From the IMG/VR virus record IMGVR_UViG_3300045988_100792: DNA of 31,250 nt. One strand, written 5' to 3'. Position 1 is the stretch's first letter. Every line of letters begins with the position of its first letter. The notes beneath the pieces are model-generated. The model did no database searches. It worked only from the letters and a program-made list of their open reading frames with translations, and had not been told where the DNA came from. The stretch comes from a virus (taxonomy: Duplodnaviria; Heunggongvirae; Uroviricota; Caudoviricetes). This document shows, one piece after another, positions 8,892 through 17,216 of this stretch. The position numbers and the translations under genes were made by a program.

Positions 8892-9792
8892 CCGAGCCTC
8901 CGGTCACGACGCGGTATTCGGTACAGAAAGACGCCTGCGTACTGTTGAGCACGATGTCGGCCAGTGGTGCTGCCAGTTCGACACGCTGCACACCTTCCAC
9001 ATGCAAAGCGGCATAAATGGCAGACAGACGGATGTCGCGCCCCAGCCGGTGCTGTGCCGTGATATACGCTTCCAGTTTTTTCACGGCGGCAGCGCGGATG
9101 GGTTCGCTTTCGGGACCAGGGTAAAGGTAAAGCGTGGCGTTTATCTGGTATTCAACGATGGCGGCAGACTGCACGGTCACGCGGTCGGCCACCGGCCTGA
9201 CGTCCTCACCATTAAGGGCGTTACGCACCACGGCCAGCAGGTCTTCGGATGCAACACCGTTATTTTCACGTGACAGCACAGAGATGGTGACGCAGGCCGG
9301 AGACGGACTGGTGACAGAGATATCCGCGACACGCCCGTCGGCACTGCGACCATGATACTGATAGGCACCCACCGACCCGGCGACGCTTAAGCCCTCAAAC
9401 GCCTGCTGAATACGCAGACGATAATCGGTGTCAGACTCCATCACTGCCGGTGTCGGCGGAATGGTCGAATCATCTGCCGGGGTGATAGTCAGGCGCGTGG
9501 TGTTGTAATTGGCACCAATCACATCAAGGTCATTACCGGCTGCACAGGCCAGCATCACCGCCCGTGCAGCCTCATTCACACGCTGACGCCAGATAAGCTC
9601 ACGATAAGCATTTTCCTCCAGCAGTTTGACGAGAGGCTCGGATTCCAGCGTCAGGGTACGGGCGACCGCCTCCTGCTGGTCTTCCGGGTAAAGGGAAATC
9701 AGTGTCGCCTTGCGTTCGGCAAGAATGGTTTCAAAGTCCAGCTCCTCGACCACATCCGGTGCGGGTAGCTGGTTCAGGTCGATAATCGGCAT
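8884..9792 (-). CDS. J: Baseplate wedge protein gpJ (302 aa)
   Basis: 302-aa ORF MPIIDLNQLPAPDVVEELDFETIL...; order and length as P2 J. Confidence 0.88.
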   Translation of the reverse strand: MPIIDLNQLPAPDVVEELDFETILAERKATLISLYPEDQQEAVARTLTLESEPLVKLLEENAYRELIWRQRVNEAARAVMLACAAGNDLDVIGANYNTTRLTITPADDSTIPPTPAVMESDTDYRLRIQQAFEGLSVAGSVGAYQYHGRSADGRVADISVTSPSPACVTISVLSRENNGVASEDLLAVVRNALNGEDVRPVADRVTVQSAAIVEYQINATLYLYPGPESEPIRAAAVKKLEAYITAQHRLGRDIRLSAIYAALHVEGVQRVELAAPLADIVLNSTQASFCTEYRVVTGGSDE

Positions 9793-9796
9793 GGTT

Positions 9797-10144
9797 TCAA
9801 CTCACAGGGATGGTTAACGAAAGTGGCTGGCCGGTGTCGTTGTGCTGGCCGGTCAACGTGACCGTCATTCGCCCGTCAAAGCTGCGCGCCGTGGTGACGG
9901 ATGACAGGGTGACGCGGGGTTCCCATTTCAGCACTGCCATGTAACAGGCGACCTTAATCTGCAACTCAAGCGCCGGGGTCTGCGGCTGGTCAATCATTGA
10001 TGCCAGCAACGAGCCGTAATCACGACGCATCACCCGTGAGCCGACCGGCGTGCGCAGGATATCGCCGATACTCTGGCTGATATGCTCAAGGTCAGTGACA
10101 GTCAGGCCATTACTGCGATTCATTCCGAGATAACGCGCTGTCAT
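9797..10144 (-). CDS. W: Baseplate protein gpW (115 aa)
   Basis: 115-aa ORF between V and J; order and length as P2 W. Confidence 0.88.
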   Translation of the reverse strand: MTARYLGMNRSNGLTVTDLEHISQSIGDILRTPVGSRVMRRDYGSLLASMIDQPQTPALELQIKVACYMAVLKWEPRVTLSSVTTARSFDGRMTVTLTGQHNDTGQPLSLTIPVS

Positions 10145-10776
10145 AAAGGACTCCCGGTTGTGCCGCCGCTGTCGCCGGGGTGTTTGTGGGTATGCAGTAC
10201 CTTACCGTTTGATGAGAGTTCACCGCCGGTGTGTTCAATGTTGCCGCGCATCGTCCCGCCCTTCTGTACTTCCAGCGTGCCGGTAATCAGTCTGTTGGTG
10301 CAGACCACCTCCGGGGTGTCCAGGGTGATGCGGGTTGACGCTTTCACCATGACCACCGGCACCGTGGCGGTAACAGAATCAGAAGCCGTCACGCTGGCCG
10401 TTTTAATTCCGCTTACCGTCAGTGCACTGGTTTCAGGTTCATACTCAATCACCGCCCCGTCAGGGAAACGGATATGCAGGGCATCAGACGACGCAGACGG
10501 CGCAGGGTTATCGCCGGAATAAATCCCCGGCAGAACGAACGCCGTGTCGAGTTCACCGCCCACGGACAGAATCAGCACCTGTTCCCCCACGGAAGGTGCC
10601 CACCATGTGCGCGAACGTCCTGCGCGATGGGTCAGCCACTGAAGCCAGTCGGTGCACATGCCGCCGGTCTGCACACGGCAGCGACCGGCGTTAAGGTCGG
10701 TTTCGACGATAACGCCGGTGCGGATCATGTTGCGCAGTGCGCGCGCGAGTTCCTGAATATTTGCGAGAGTGTTCAT
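10141..10776 (-). CDS. V: Baseplate spike protein gpV (211 aa)
   Basis: 211-aa ORF, first gene after the S-V intergenic region; order and length as P2 V. Confidence 0.88.
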   Translation of the reverse strand: MNTLANIQELARALRNMIRTGVIVETDLNAGRCRVQTGGMCTDWLQWLTHRAGRSRTWWAPSVGEQVLILSVGGELDTAFVLPGIYSGDNPAPSASSDALHIRFPDGAVIEYEPETSALTVSGIKTASVTASDSVTATVPVVMVKASTRITLDTPEVVCTNRLITGTLEVQKGGTMRGNIEHTGGELSSNGKVLHTHKHPGDSGGTTGSPL

Positions 10777-10842
10777 AACGGGAAGGATGCCGCCGGGTCA
10801 TACCGGCGGCAATGTGACGATGAGGTGTCGGGAATGGCACAA
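10777..10842 (-). promoter_or_regulatory. S-V intergenic region with perfect 8-bp-stem inverted repeat; expected position of late promoter PV
   Basis: GCCGCCGG (10789..10796) / CCGGCGGC (10803..10810) with 6-nt loop, directly upstream of the V start. Promoter call is by position only; no clear TGT-N12-ACA dyad found by eye. Confidence 0.3.
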
Positions 10843-11295
10843 CTAACGGTCGAGGTGAGACAGGATAATCTCTTCAATCATCTGCACATCCTTACCGGTA
10901 AAGCCGAGCAAAGGACGCGCCGGATAATCAATTTTCTTACCGTCTTTCCGGGTTTCTTCCGACAGACCAAACTGATGCACGCTGGCGATTTTCGGTGACT
11001 TCCCGCCGTAAAATTCCATTGATGCCTGTTCCGGGCTGGCGCGGATATGCAAAAAACGACTGGTGATAAGTTTCGCAAACATTTTTCGCTTAACGCGACC
11101 GGTCTTTTTTCTGGCGCTCTGCTGCTGGCGTGGCGCGTAGGGTGTGCCGTCCGGGGCTTTCTGTGCCATCACCCGACGCTGCTGACTCTGCCGCAGACGT
11201 TTTGCCAGTTCGGCGCTCAGTCGCCGACGCCCTGACGGTGACAGCGATTCAACCAGTCCGGTCAGCCGGTCTTCAAAACGCTTAAACTCATTCAT
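10843..11295 (-). CDS. S: Tail completion protein gpS (150 aa)
   Basis: 150-aa ORF; order and length as P2 S. Confidence 0.88.
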   Translation of the reverse strand: MNEFKRFEDRLTGLVESLSPSGRRRLSAELAKRLRQSQQRRVMAQKAPDGTPYAPRQQQSARKKTGRVKRKMFAKLITSRFLHIRASPEQASMEFYGGKSPKIASVHQFGLSEETRKDGKKIDYPARPLLGFTGKDVQMIEEIILSHLDR

Positions 11296-11755
11296 CCCAC
11301 TTGCTCACCAGTTCGCCATTGATATAAAGCTCCATCGGGCGGGTGACCGGCTCCGGCGGCGTGGGTTCCGGGATATTCTTCACATGCAGCGCACCGTCAA
11401 CCTCACTGACCAGCGTGCGCTCGGTCAGCATCAGGCTGATACTGATATCAAAGCTGCTGTCATTGTTGATGTCTGCATAAAACGTGAAGCCCTTTTTCTG
11501 GCCTGCGTCGGTGGTCATGATGTCGGGCTGATTTTCCCGCAGCCACGCCAGCACCGGCACGATGAGCAGGTCAAAATCACCGGTAAAGTCGGTCACAATG
11601 ACATTGAGCGTGTAACGCTTTTCGAATGACAGCGACGTCGCCAGTGTGGAGGCAATACTCCCGTTATCCACGAATATCCGCAGCATATCGGGGTTAGTTT
11701 TCAGCACCGTGACGGCATCAGTCAGCGCCCTGCGCAGGCTGTCGGGTTTGAGCAT
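11288..11755 (-). CDS. R: Tail completion protein gpR (155 aa)
   Basis: 155-aa ORF; order and length as P2 R. Confidence 0.88.
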   Translation of the reverse strand: MLKPDSLRRALTDAVTVLKTNPDMLRIFVDNGSIASTLATSLSFEKRYTLNVIVTDFTGDFDLLIVPVLAWLRENQPDIMTTDAGQKKGFTFYADINNDSSFDISISLMLTERTLVSEVDGALHVKNIPEPTPPEPVTRPMELYINGELVSKWDE

Positions 11756-12008
11756 CGTTTTCGTCCTGACAGTGTTTAATCATTTTTACCTGGCTGGCAC
11801 AGCGCGCCAGCGCGTTCTCAAGCTGCCGGATATCGGCACTTAAATCACCGTTCGTCTGCGGGTCGCTGCCCGGCATCGGGCAAAGACTCACTTTCGGGCA
11901 GGCGTTGTGGACAATCACTGGCATCGGTGCAGGCGGGGCGCTGGTGCAACCGGCGCACAGCATCAGGCAGGTCAGCGCCGTACCAGCGGCGAAAATCTTC
12001 GTTTTCAT
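11718..12008 (-). CDS. lysC: o-spanin-like outer-membrane lipoprotein LysC (Rz1-like), embedded in alternate frame
   Basis: ORF in a different frame overlapping the 3' part of lysB and the 5' end of R. N-terminus MKTKIFAAGTALTCLMLCAGC looks like a lipoprotein signal with lipobox-type Cys; Pro-rich mature part. Confidence 0.65.
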   Translation of the reverse strand: MKTKIFAAGTALTCLMLCAGCTSAPPAPMPVIVHNACPKVSLCPMPGSDPQTNGDLSADIRQLENALARCASQVKMIKHCQDENDAQTRQPAQGAD

Positions 12009-12288
12009 TCAGTAACCTCGTGATGGTTTTCTCGCGCTGTGCTTCACGTTTCGCGGCGTTCTCCAGCTCCTGACGCAGTGCCACCTGCGCCAGCTCGTTT
12101 TTGTCTGCCCTGGTAAGGGCAACATGAAGCTGGTTTTTCAGCATGGTGATGGTCGTCTGCTGTTCACTGGCGACGTTGTTCGCCCTGTCCAGCGAGGCGC
12201 GCAGGCTGGCGTTTTCATGCTTCGCCAGAAACAGCCCCGCCACCGCCAGCGATAACAACACGACCAGCACAATCATCAGCTTTGACAT
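11845..12288 (-). CDS. lysB: i-spanin-like protein LysB (Rz-like)
   Basis: N-terminal TM helix LMIVLVVLLSLAVAGLFLA followed by a charged coiled-coil region; downstream of lysA with lysC embedded. True start may be a few codons inside the listed ORF. Confidence 0.78.
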   Translation of the reverse strand: MSKLMIVLVVLLSLAVAGLFLAKHENASLRASLDRANNVASEQQTTITMLKNQLHVALTRADKNELAQVALRQELENAAKREAQREKTITRLLNENEDFRRWYGADLPDAVRRLHQRPACTDASDCPQRLPESESLPDAGQRPADER

Positions 12289-12701
12289 GGTTCCCGCCCC
12301 TCAAAACGCTGACGGCAGGCTTTACGTATCAGCCGGAAGAACACCGACGCCACAAGATAAATCAGCGCGGTAAAAATCCACCCGGCAGCGACCAGCGCGA
12401 TAAACGTCGCCACCATCACCACCAGAGCCGCCGCCCGTCTGCGCCACCGCACCGGCTGCAAAAACAGCGACGTGACAATCTTCACGGCCAGCGATTCCGG
12501 CGGCAGCTCCCGCCCGTAGCGTTCCAGCACATACTCAGTGGCATACACGCCGACACCACCGGCAACCACACAGATAACCGTCGCCAGAATCGCCCAGGTG
12601 GCGACAAAACTGACGGCCACGCTCTGCGGGTAAATCAGGGACAGTGCCAGCATCAGCGCCAGCGACACGTTCAGCATCAGTGAAAGGGATAATTTCTTCA
12701 T
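12276..12701 (-). CDS. lysA: Lysis timing / holin-antiholin-like membrane protein LysA (141 aa)
   Basis: Multi-TM small protein (LSLSLMLNVSLALMLALSLIY..., LVVMVATFIALVAAGWIFTALIYLV) between K and lysB, as in P2. Confidence 0.75.
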   Translation of the reverse strand: MKKLSLSLMLNVSLALMLALSLIYPQSVAVSFVATWAILATVICVVAGGVGVYATEYVLERYGRELPPESLAVKIVTSLFLQPVRWRRRAAALVVMVATFIALVAAGWIFTALIYLVASVFFRLIRKACRQRFEGREPCQS

Positions 12702-12715
12702 GGTGTTTACTCCGT

Positions 12716-13213
12716 TTAAGCCGGTACGCCGCCAGCGGTACGCCAGACGGTGACCAGTTTTTCCAGTGAATGCTCACGCTGACCGTAACCGGCACCCGGC
12801 AGGGACGCCCAGATATTGCGACAGCGTGAAATGGCGCGCTCAATGCGTCCCGCCCGGATGTCATCCAGCGCACCGCGTTCGCGGATCAACTGAATGGCAA
12901 GTCTGTCCTGTGACAACGGACTGAAATCCGGCAGGGCAAGCTGTTTGCGGTAATGCGGCCAGAACAGGTAAAGCTGCTGATAGCGACCGGAGGCCGTGGA
13001 TTTTTCACCGCGACGGTTAAACACCTTCGCCGGTCGGCCATGTGCGAACGGGTGGTCACTGTAGTCGGTGAAAATTTCCGGCTTCCCGTCCAGTCCGGTG
13101 ACTATCACGTCATAGCCCCGGTTTTTCGTCAGCGGATGGTTTGCCGTCCCTTCGGACACGGCCAGCATGTCGAGAAAGGCGGCGATATTCTGATGCGTGT
13201 TAATAACCGGCAT
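12716..13213 (-). CDS. K: Endolysin gpK (165 aa)
   Basis: 165-aa ORF downstream of the holin; order and length as P2 K. Confidence 0.85.
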   Translation of the reverse strand: MPVINTHQNIAAFLDMLAVSEGTANHPLTKNRGYDVIVTGLDGKPEIFTDYSDHPFAHGRPAKVFNRRGEKSTASGRYQQLYLFWPHYRKQLALPDFSPLSQDRLAIQLIRERGALDDIRAGRIERAISRCRNIWASLPGAGYGQREHSLEKLVTVWRTAGGVPA

Positions 13214-13494
13214 TACGGTTTCCCCCTGCCCTTAAAGCGGCGCTGAATGGCAATCTCAATCACCTGATAACCGGCGATACCCAGCATGGAGCCGATACCG
13301 CACACCGCAGGCAGTGACAGGTCAGGAAACTGCACCAGAACAACACCGGCAACCATCGAGACAAAACCACCGAGCAACATGCGCCCGATAAACAGACGCG
13401 GGGTGATGGGTTCACCACCGGCAAGCACCTTACCGACAACAATCAGCACCCCAATCATGAAAAGCGACAGGACGCTTTTTTCTTCTGCTGTCAT
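13213..13494 (-). CDS. Y: Holin gpY (93 aa)
   Basis: 93-aa protein with hydrophobic helices (LSLFMIGVLIVVGKVLAGG..., MLLGGFVSMVAGVVLV) and charged C-terminus; start codon overlaps the K stop. Confidence 0.85.
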   Translation of the reverse strand: MTAEEKSVLSLFMIGVLIVVGKVLAGGEPITPRLFIGRMLLGGFVSMVAGVVLVQFPDLSLPAVCGIGSMLGIAGYQVIEIAIQRRFKGRGKP

Positions 13495-13497
13495 GCG

Positions 13498-13701
13498 TTA
13501 CTCCCACAGATTGACAGTTTCAGCCACGGGCGCGGTCTGAACGTCGGGCAGTTCGACGGCGGTGCCGTGCGGCAGCACCGCGCCCAGTTCAGCCAGTCCC
13601 GGATTTGCGGCGAGCACGGTCTCAACCACGCCCTCAGTGCGCCCGTAATACCGGACACAAATGGCGTCGAGCGTGTCGCCCTGTAGCGCAAAGGTCTTCA
13701 T
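13498..13701 (-). CDS. X: Tail protein gpX (67 aa, LysM-like)
   Basis: Start taken at the internal ATG giving MKTFALQGDTLDAICVRYYGRTEGVVETVLAANPGL... (67 aa, as P2 X); its ATG overlaps the L stop. The listed 90-aa ORF is an upstream extension. Confidence 0.78.
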   Translation of the reverse strand: MKTFALQGDTLDAICVRYYGRTEGVVETVLAANPGLAELGAVLPHGTAVELPDVQTAPVAETVNLWE

Positions 13702-14210
13702 CAGATTTGACTCACGATGCAGCGCGGCTTGTCCTGGATACGCGCCACCGCCCAGCGCATATCCCGCCACAGCTCATCAATGGTGCTGTCAATGCTGTCG
13801 GCCTTCTTGTCGCCCTTGGCACTGGCATCCACGCCGCGGTAACGCTCATAAAGCGACGCGGTCGCCATCGCACACACGGCGCGCTCGTAGTAAAAAACTT
13901 TGATGCTTTCACCGTCGATGTCGTCCGCCGGAACGTCCGCCAGACGCGTAAAACCGGCGGCAATTTTCTGTTCGCGGTACTCGTACAGCTCCGCATTCGT
14001 CTCCGCCATGCCTGACTTGATGGCCTCACGCAGACGGGCGGGGGCGACGGTCTGCTCAAGGCGCATACGTTCCCGGACGCGCTTCGGGTCGATATCGGGA
14101 AAAAAGAACGTGTTTTTAATCACCGGCTCGTCGCCTGCCGGTTGCGGGATGACCACCGTACCCTCACCGGACACGGGAGCCTCCTTTCGCGGAATAATCA
14201 GCGTCATCAT
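13701..14210 (-). CDS. L: Head completion protein gpL (169 aa)
   Basis: Start taken at ATGATG 14210..14205 with AGAGG 5-6 nt upstream, giving 169 aa as in P2 L; the listed 189-aa ORF is an upstream extension. Confidence 0.83.
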   Translation of the reverse strand: MMTLIIPRKEAPVSGEGTVVIPQPAGDEPVIKNTFFFPDIDPKRVRERMRLEQTVAPARLREAIKSGMAETNAELYEYREQKIAAGFTRLADVPADDIDGESIKVFYYERAVCAMATASLYERYRGVDASAKGDKKADSIDSTIDELWRDMRWAVARIQDKPRCIVSQI

Positions 14211-14309
14211 GACTACCTCTGAAAAGTCGGGCGGTGGACGCCGGTGCAGTGTCAGGTGATTCACCCTCACTGACCGGCGTGCCGCCCTGGCGCGGGGCGC
14301 ATTCGGTTG

Positions 14310-15053
14310 TTAACTGGCTTTCTTTTTCGGGCGTCCACGTTTTGCCGGTGTCACGCTCCGGGTCTTACGCGTGGCACGGGTGGCCGCTTTGGGCTGCGGC
14401 TCCGGCTTCGGTTTCAGCTCCCGCTCCAGTCGTTCAATCTCTTTTTTGACGCCTGCCTGACAGTCGAGCTGTGTCGCACGTTGCAGGTGAGCCAGCGCAC
14501 CGGCGGCATCACCAGCGTCACGCAGAAACAGACCGGTGATTTTGTGCAGCTTTGCGCGCACTTCATCAGGCATGTCAGCCGTGGCGGTCAGTTCGAGGGT
14601 GTCCGTCAGCAGGCGGGTATCCACAGACTCACCGGCAGCGTGAGCGCGCATGGCCGCGAGCGCCACCTCCTCGGTGAACATGTACGGCGGGGTACGGCGG
14701 TGTTTACCCGGCATGGTCAGACCGTATTTCAGGGCATAACGGGCAATCTCCAGCGCACCGGCAATATCGCCGGTATCCAGACGCCACAGCATGACCGTCA
14801 TCAGAATGTCATCCTGTGCACCTTTGCCCTGCTCCAGCACACCGTTCACCCACGGCAACCAGAACGGCAGCAGTTCGCGCTTTTTCGCGGCCTTAAGCTC
14901 TTTTGAATAAATCGCTTTCAGTGTGCGCTGGTCTGCGGCGAGCTTAACCAGCATCTGCTCATAGACAGTTGCATGTCGCAGCGGGGCGGCTTCCCGCTGC
15001 GCGGTCATCGCTGCCGAGACCCGCATCATGTGGCGCTGTGCGGGACTCGTCAT
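14310..15053 (-). CDS. M: Terminase small (endonuclease) subunit gpM (247 aa)
   Basis: 247-aa ORF with basic K/R-rich C-terminal tail (PAKRGRPKKKAS); order and length as P2 M. Confidence 0.88.
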   Translation of the reverse strand: MTSPAQRHMMRVSAAMTAQREAAPLRHATVYEQMLVKLAADQRTLKAIYSKELKAAKKRELLPFWLPWVNGVLEQGKGAQDDILMTVMLWRLDTGDIAGALEIARYALKYGLTMPGKHRRTPPYMFTEEVALAAMRAHAAGESVDTRLLTDTLELTATADMPDEVRAKLHKITGLFLRDAGDAAGALAHLQRATQLDCQAGVKKEIERLERELKPKPEPQPKAATRATRKTRSVTPAKRGRPKKKAS

Positions 15054-15056
15054 CGG

Positions 15057-16130
15057 TTACGCTCCCGGCTCTGCGGTCGCCCTGGCCGGTGTGGAGAAAT
15101 CACCGACCTTAATTTTTTCCACCAGGCAACCGGCGGCGTAGTCTTCCACCACGTAATCAATATTCATTGACTCGTAGTTCTCCACGCGGTCGAGTTTCGG
15201 ATTTTCCTCAATCACGCGGCGATGGCTGTCATCCATGTAGTAGATGGACAGGTTTTCCAGCTTCGTGATGAGCATCGCATCTGCCGGGAAGTACGGGACG
15301 CGCACTGCCGGCAGGTTACCGATGCGTTTCTGGCTGATGATGACGTCAGCGGCCAGCATTTCGCTGTTGTCCTGTTCCTTGTTAACGATGGGGAAATACT
15401 TGTCCGCCAGTAGCTGACGTCCCACAATCACCACAAGGTCAGGGTCTTCCTGATACCACGGTTCAATCAGGTTGTTGGTCGCATCCATCACCAGTGCATC
15501 GAGGCTGGCATAATCACCGCCCTTACCCACGCGGATGACCTCAGAGGTGGTGTGCCCTTCCTCGTCAGTGACCTTGCTCATCACGCGCGCCGGGGCTTCA
15601 TTGCGGTATTTCTGCAGCCAGCCGACCGCCACATCCTGCAGCATCGGATTGCTGTTGCGGTCAGAGGTTTCGGCACGCTTCACGCCGTTAAAACCGGCCA
15701 TGATGAAATCAAGGGACTGGCGTTTGATAATGGCGTTACGGATACGGAGCTGGAAATCCTGATAACGCGCCCACAGGTCAAGCGTTTTGTAGCGGATATA
15801 AAAATCGAAGTTAATCTGGTCGCATTCGTACTTGTTTGACGCCAGCTTCGAGAAGTCCTTCGGCTGACGCTCGGTGCCACCGGCGGTGTCGGTGGTGCTG
15901 GCGATGGAGCCGGTGACACCGATGCCAATTTTTTCCCCTTTCATTTCGCTGACCGGCACAATATTGATGCGGGTCAGAAAGTCAGAGGACTCCTGCATGG
16001 TGTTCATCAGGGTCTGGGTGACCGACGGTTCAACGGTGAATTTTTTCGACACATCACCGGCGTCGATGCCGTTCAGCTCGGCAACACGGGACAGGTAGGC
16101 ATTAAATTTAAAGCGGGTTTCCTGGCGCAT
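15057..16130 (-). CDS. N: Major capsid protein gpN (357 aa)
   Basis: 357-aa ORF MRQETRFKFNAYLSRVAELNGID...; order and length as P2 N. Confidence 0.9.
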   Translation of the reverse strand: MRQETRFKFNAYLSRVAELNGIDAGDVSKKFTVEPSVTQTLMNTMQESSDFLTRINIVPVSEMKGEKIGIGVTGSIASTTDTAGGTERQPKDFSKLASNKYECDQINFDFYIRYKTLDLWARYQDFQLRIRNAIIKRQSLDFIMAGFNGVKRAETSDRNSNPMLQDVAVGWLQKYRNEAPARVMSKVTDEEGHTTSEVIRVGKGGDYASLDALVMDATNNLIEPWYQEDPDLVVIVGRQLLADKYFPIVNKEQDNSEMLAADVIISQKRIGNLPAVRVPYFPADAMLITKLENLSIYYMDDSHRRVIEENPKLDRVENYESMNIDYVVEDYAAGCLVEKIKVGDFSTPARATAEPGA

Positions 16131-16188
16131 AGTTTTTCCTGAAATTAAGGGTTAATCGTGAAGGTTTTCCCGGACTGACTGACGCCGG

Positions 16189-17043
16189 TCAGCAGTTCGT
16201 CATCAGGGCGTCACCGCCACCGCCGGTGGCCTTGCTGCGGCGCTGCTGGGTCAGACTTTCGGTGTGGTCGAGACTGTTTTTCAGGCGGGTGAATGCCTGA
16301 CTGGTTTCATCCGCCCTGTCAGTCACATCCTGCTTAAGTGCGGAAAAGGCGGTTTCCATCTCAGCAAGGCGCTGCTCAGTGGCGCTCAGTTTTTCCTGCA
16401 CATGCTCAGCGACAGCGGTCACCGCTTCATGCACGTCATTCAGACGGGCGTCATCGCTGGCCTGTTTGCGGCCAAAAATGGATTTCACCTTTTCGGTCAG
16501 GGCTGTGAACACGGTTTCAGGCAGGTCTTCAAATTCCAGCTCAACAGGCGTTGCCACTGAAATCAGGTTTTCAGGGCTTAATTTGAAGCGGTTCAGAGGG
16601 TTGTGTTTTGCCGTGCGGCAGAATTCCAGGTATTCCGTGCCGAGGCTTGCCGGGTCATCGGTGACGGCCAGACCCACCAGATAACATTTGCCGGTATTGG
16701 CAAAGTTCGGCTGAATTTCCATTGAGGTATAGACCTTCTGCGCGGCCTTGTTCATCGCGATAAGGTCATCGGTCGGGGTGATTTTCGCAAACAGCGCCCA
16801 TTTGCCTTTCAGCGCCGAATCATCGTCAATCTTTTCGGCCTTCAGTTCGACCACATCGCCATAACGCTTAAAAATACCGTCAGGCAGGATGCCGCGCAGA
16901 TGTTCCAGGTTAATGCGGCAACCATAGACTCGCGGGTCAAAGGTTTCGGCCATTTCCTGAATATCCTGCGCACTGATGACACGCCCGTCACAGGTGTCAC
17001 CCTCAACGCCGATACGAAAGAATTTTGAGACTTTTTTTGCCAT
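16189..17043 (-). CDS. O: Capsid scaffold protein gpO (284 aa)
   Basis: Start taken at MAKKVSKFFRIGVEG... giving 284 aa as in P2 O; the listed 306-aa ORF is an upstream extension. Confidence 0.85.
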   Translation of the reverse strand: MAKKVSKFFRIGVEGDTCDGRVISAQDIQEMAETFDPRVYGCRINLEHLRGILPDGIFKRYGDVVELKAEKIDDDSALKGKWALFAKITPTDDLIAMNKAAQKVYTSMEIQPNFANTGKCYLVGLAVTDDPASLGTEYLEFCRTAKHNPLNRFKLSPENLISVATPVELEFEDLPETVFTALTEKVKSIFGRKQASDDARLNDVHEAVTAVAEHVQEKLSATEQRLAEMETAFSALKQDVTDRADETSQAFTRLKNSLDHTESLTQQRRSKATGGGGDALMTNC

Positions 17044-17216
17044 TGTCAGGAGTCCTGAATAGTGATTAGAGGAGTCACATGTCGGCATCAGTTTCCCGAC
17101 GATGCGCATCTTCCGCCATCAGTCCCGGATGGCTTATCACTGACACAACAGCACCTTAGCGAATCGCGGGGCGCGACTCAGTAGCCTTGCCGTGTATTCA
17201 TCACGGCGAGGTATTC
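17044..17216. promoter_or_regulatory. Divergent late promoter region (PO leftward, PP rightward), Ogr-dependent by analogy
   Basis: Intergenic between divergently transcribed O and P, where P2 carries PO and PP. Call is by position only; no promoter elements were mapped. Confidence 0.35.

Noticed and set aside
10474-10998. 174-aa + strand ORF across V and S
   Set aside because: Antisense to two conserved baseplate/tail genes; Arg-rich junk-like sequence.
14307-14906. 199-aa + strand ORF inside M
   Set aside because: Antisense to the terminase small subunit gene; Arg/Gly-rich reverse-frame artefact.
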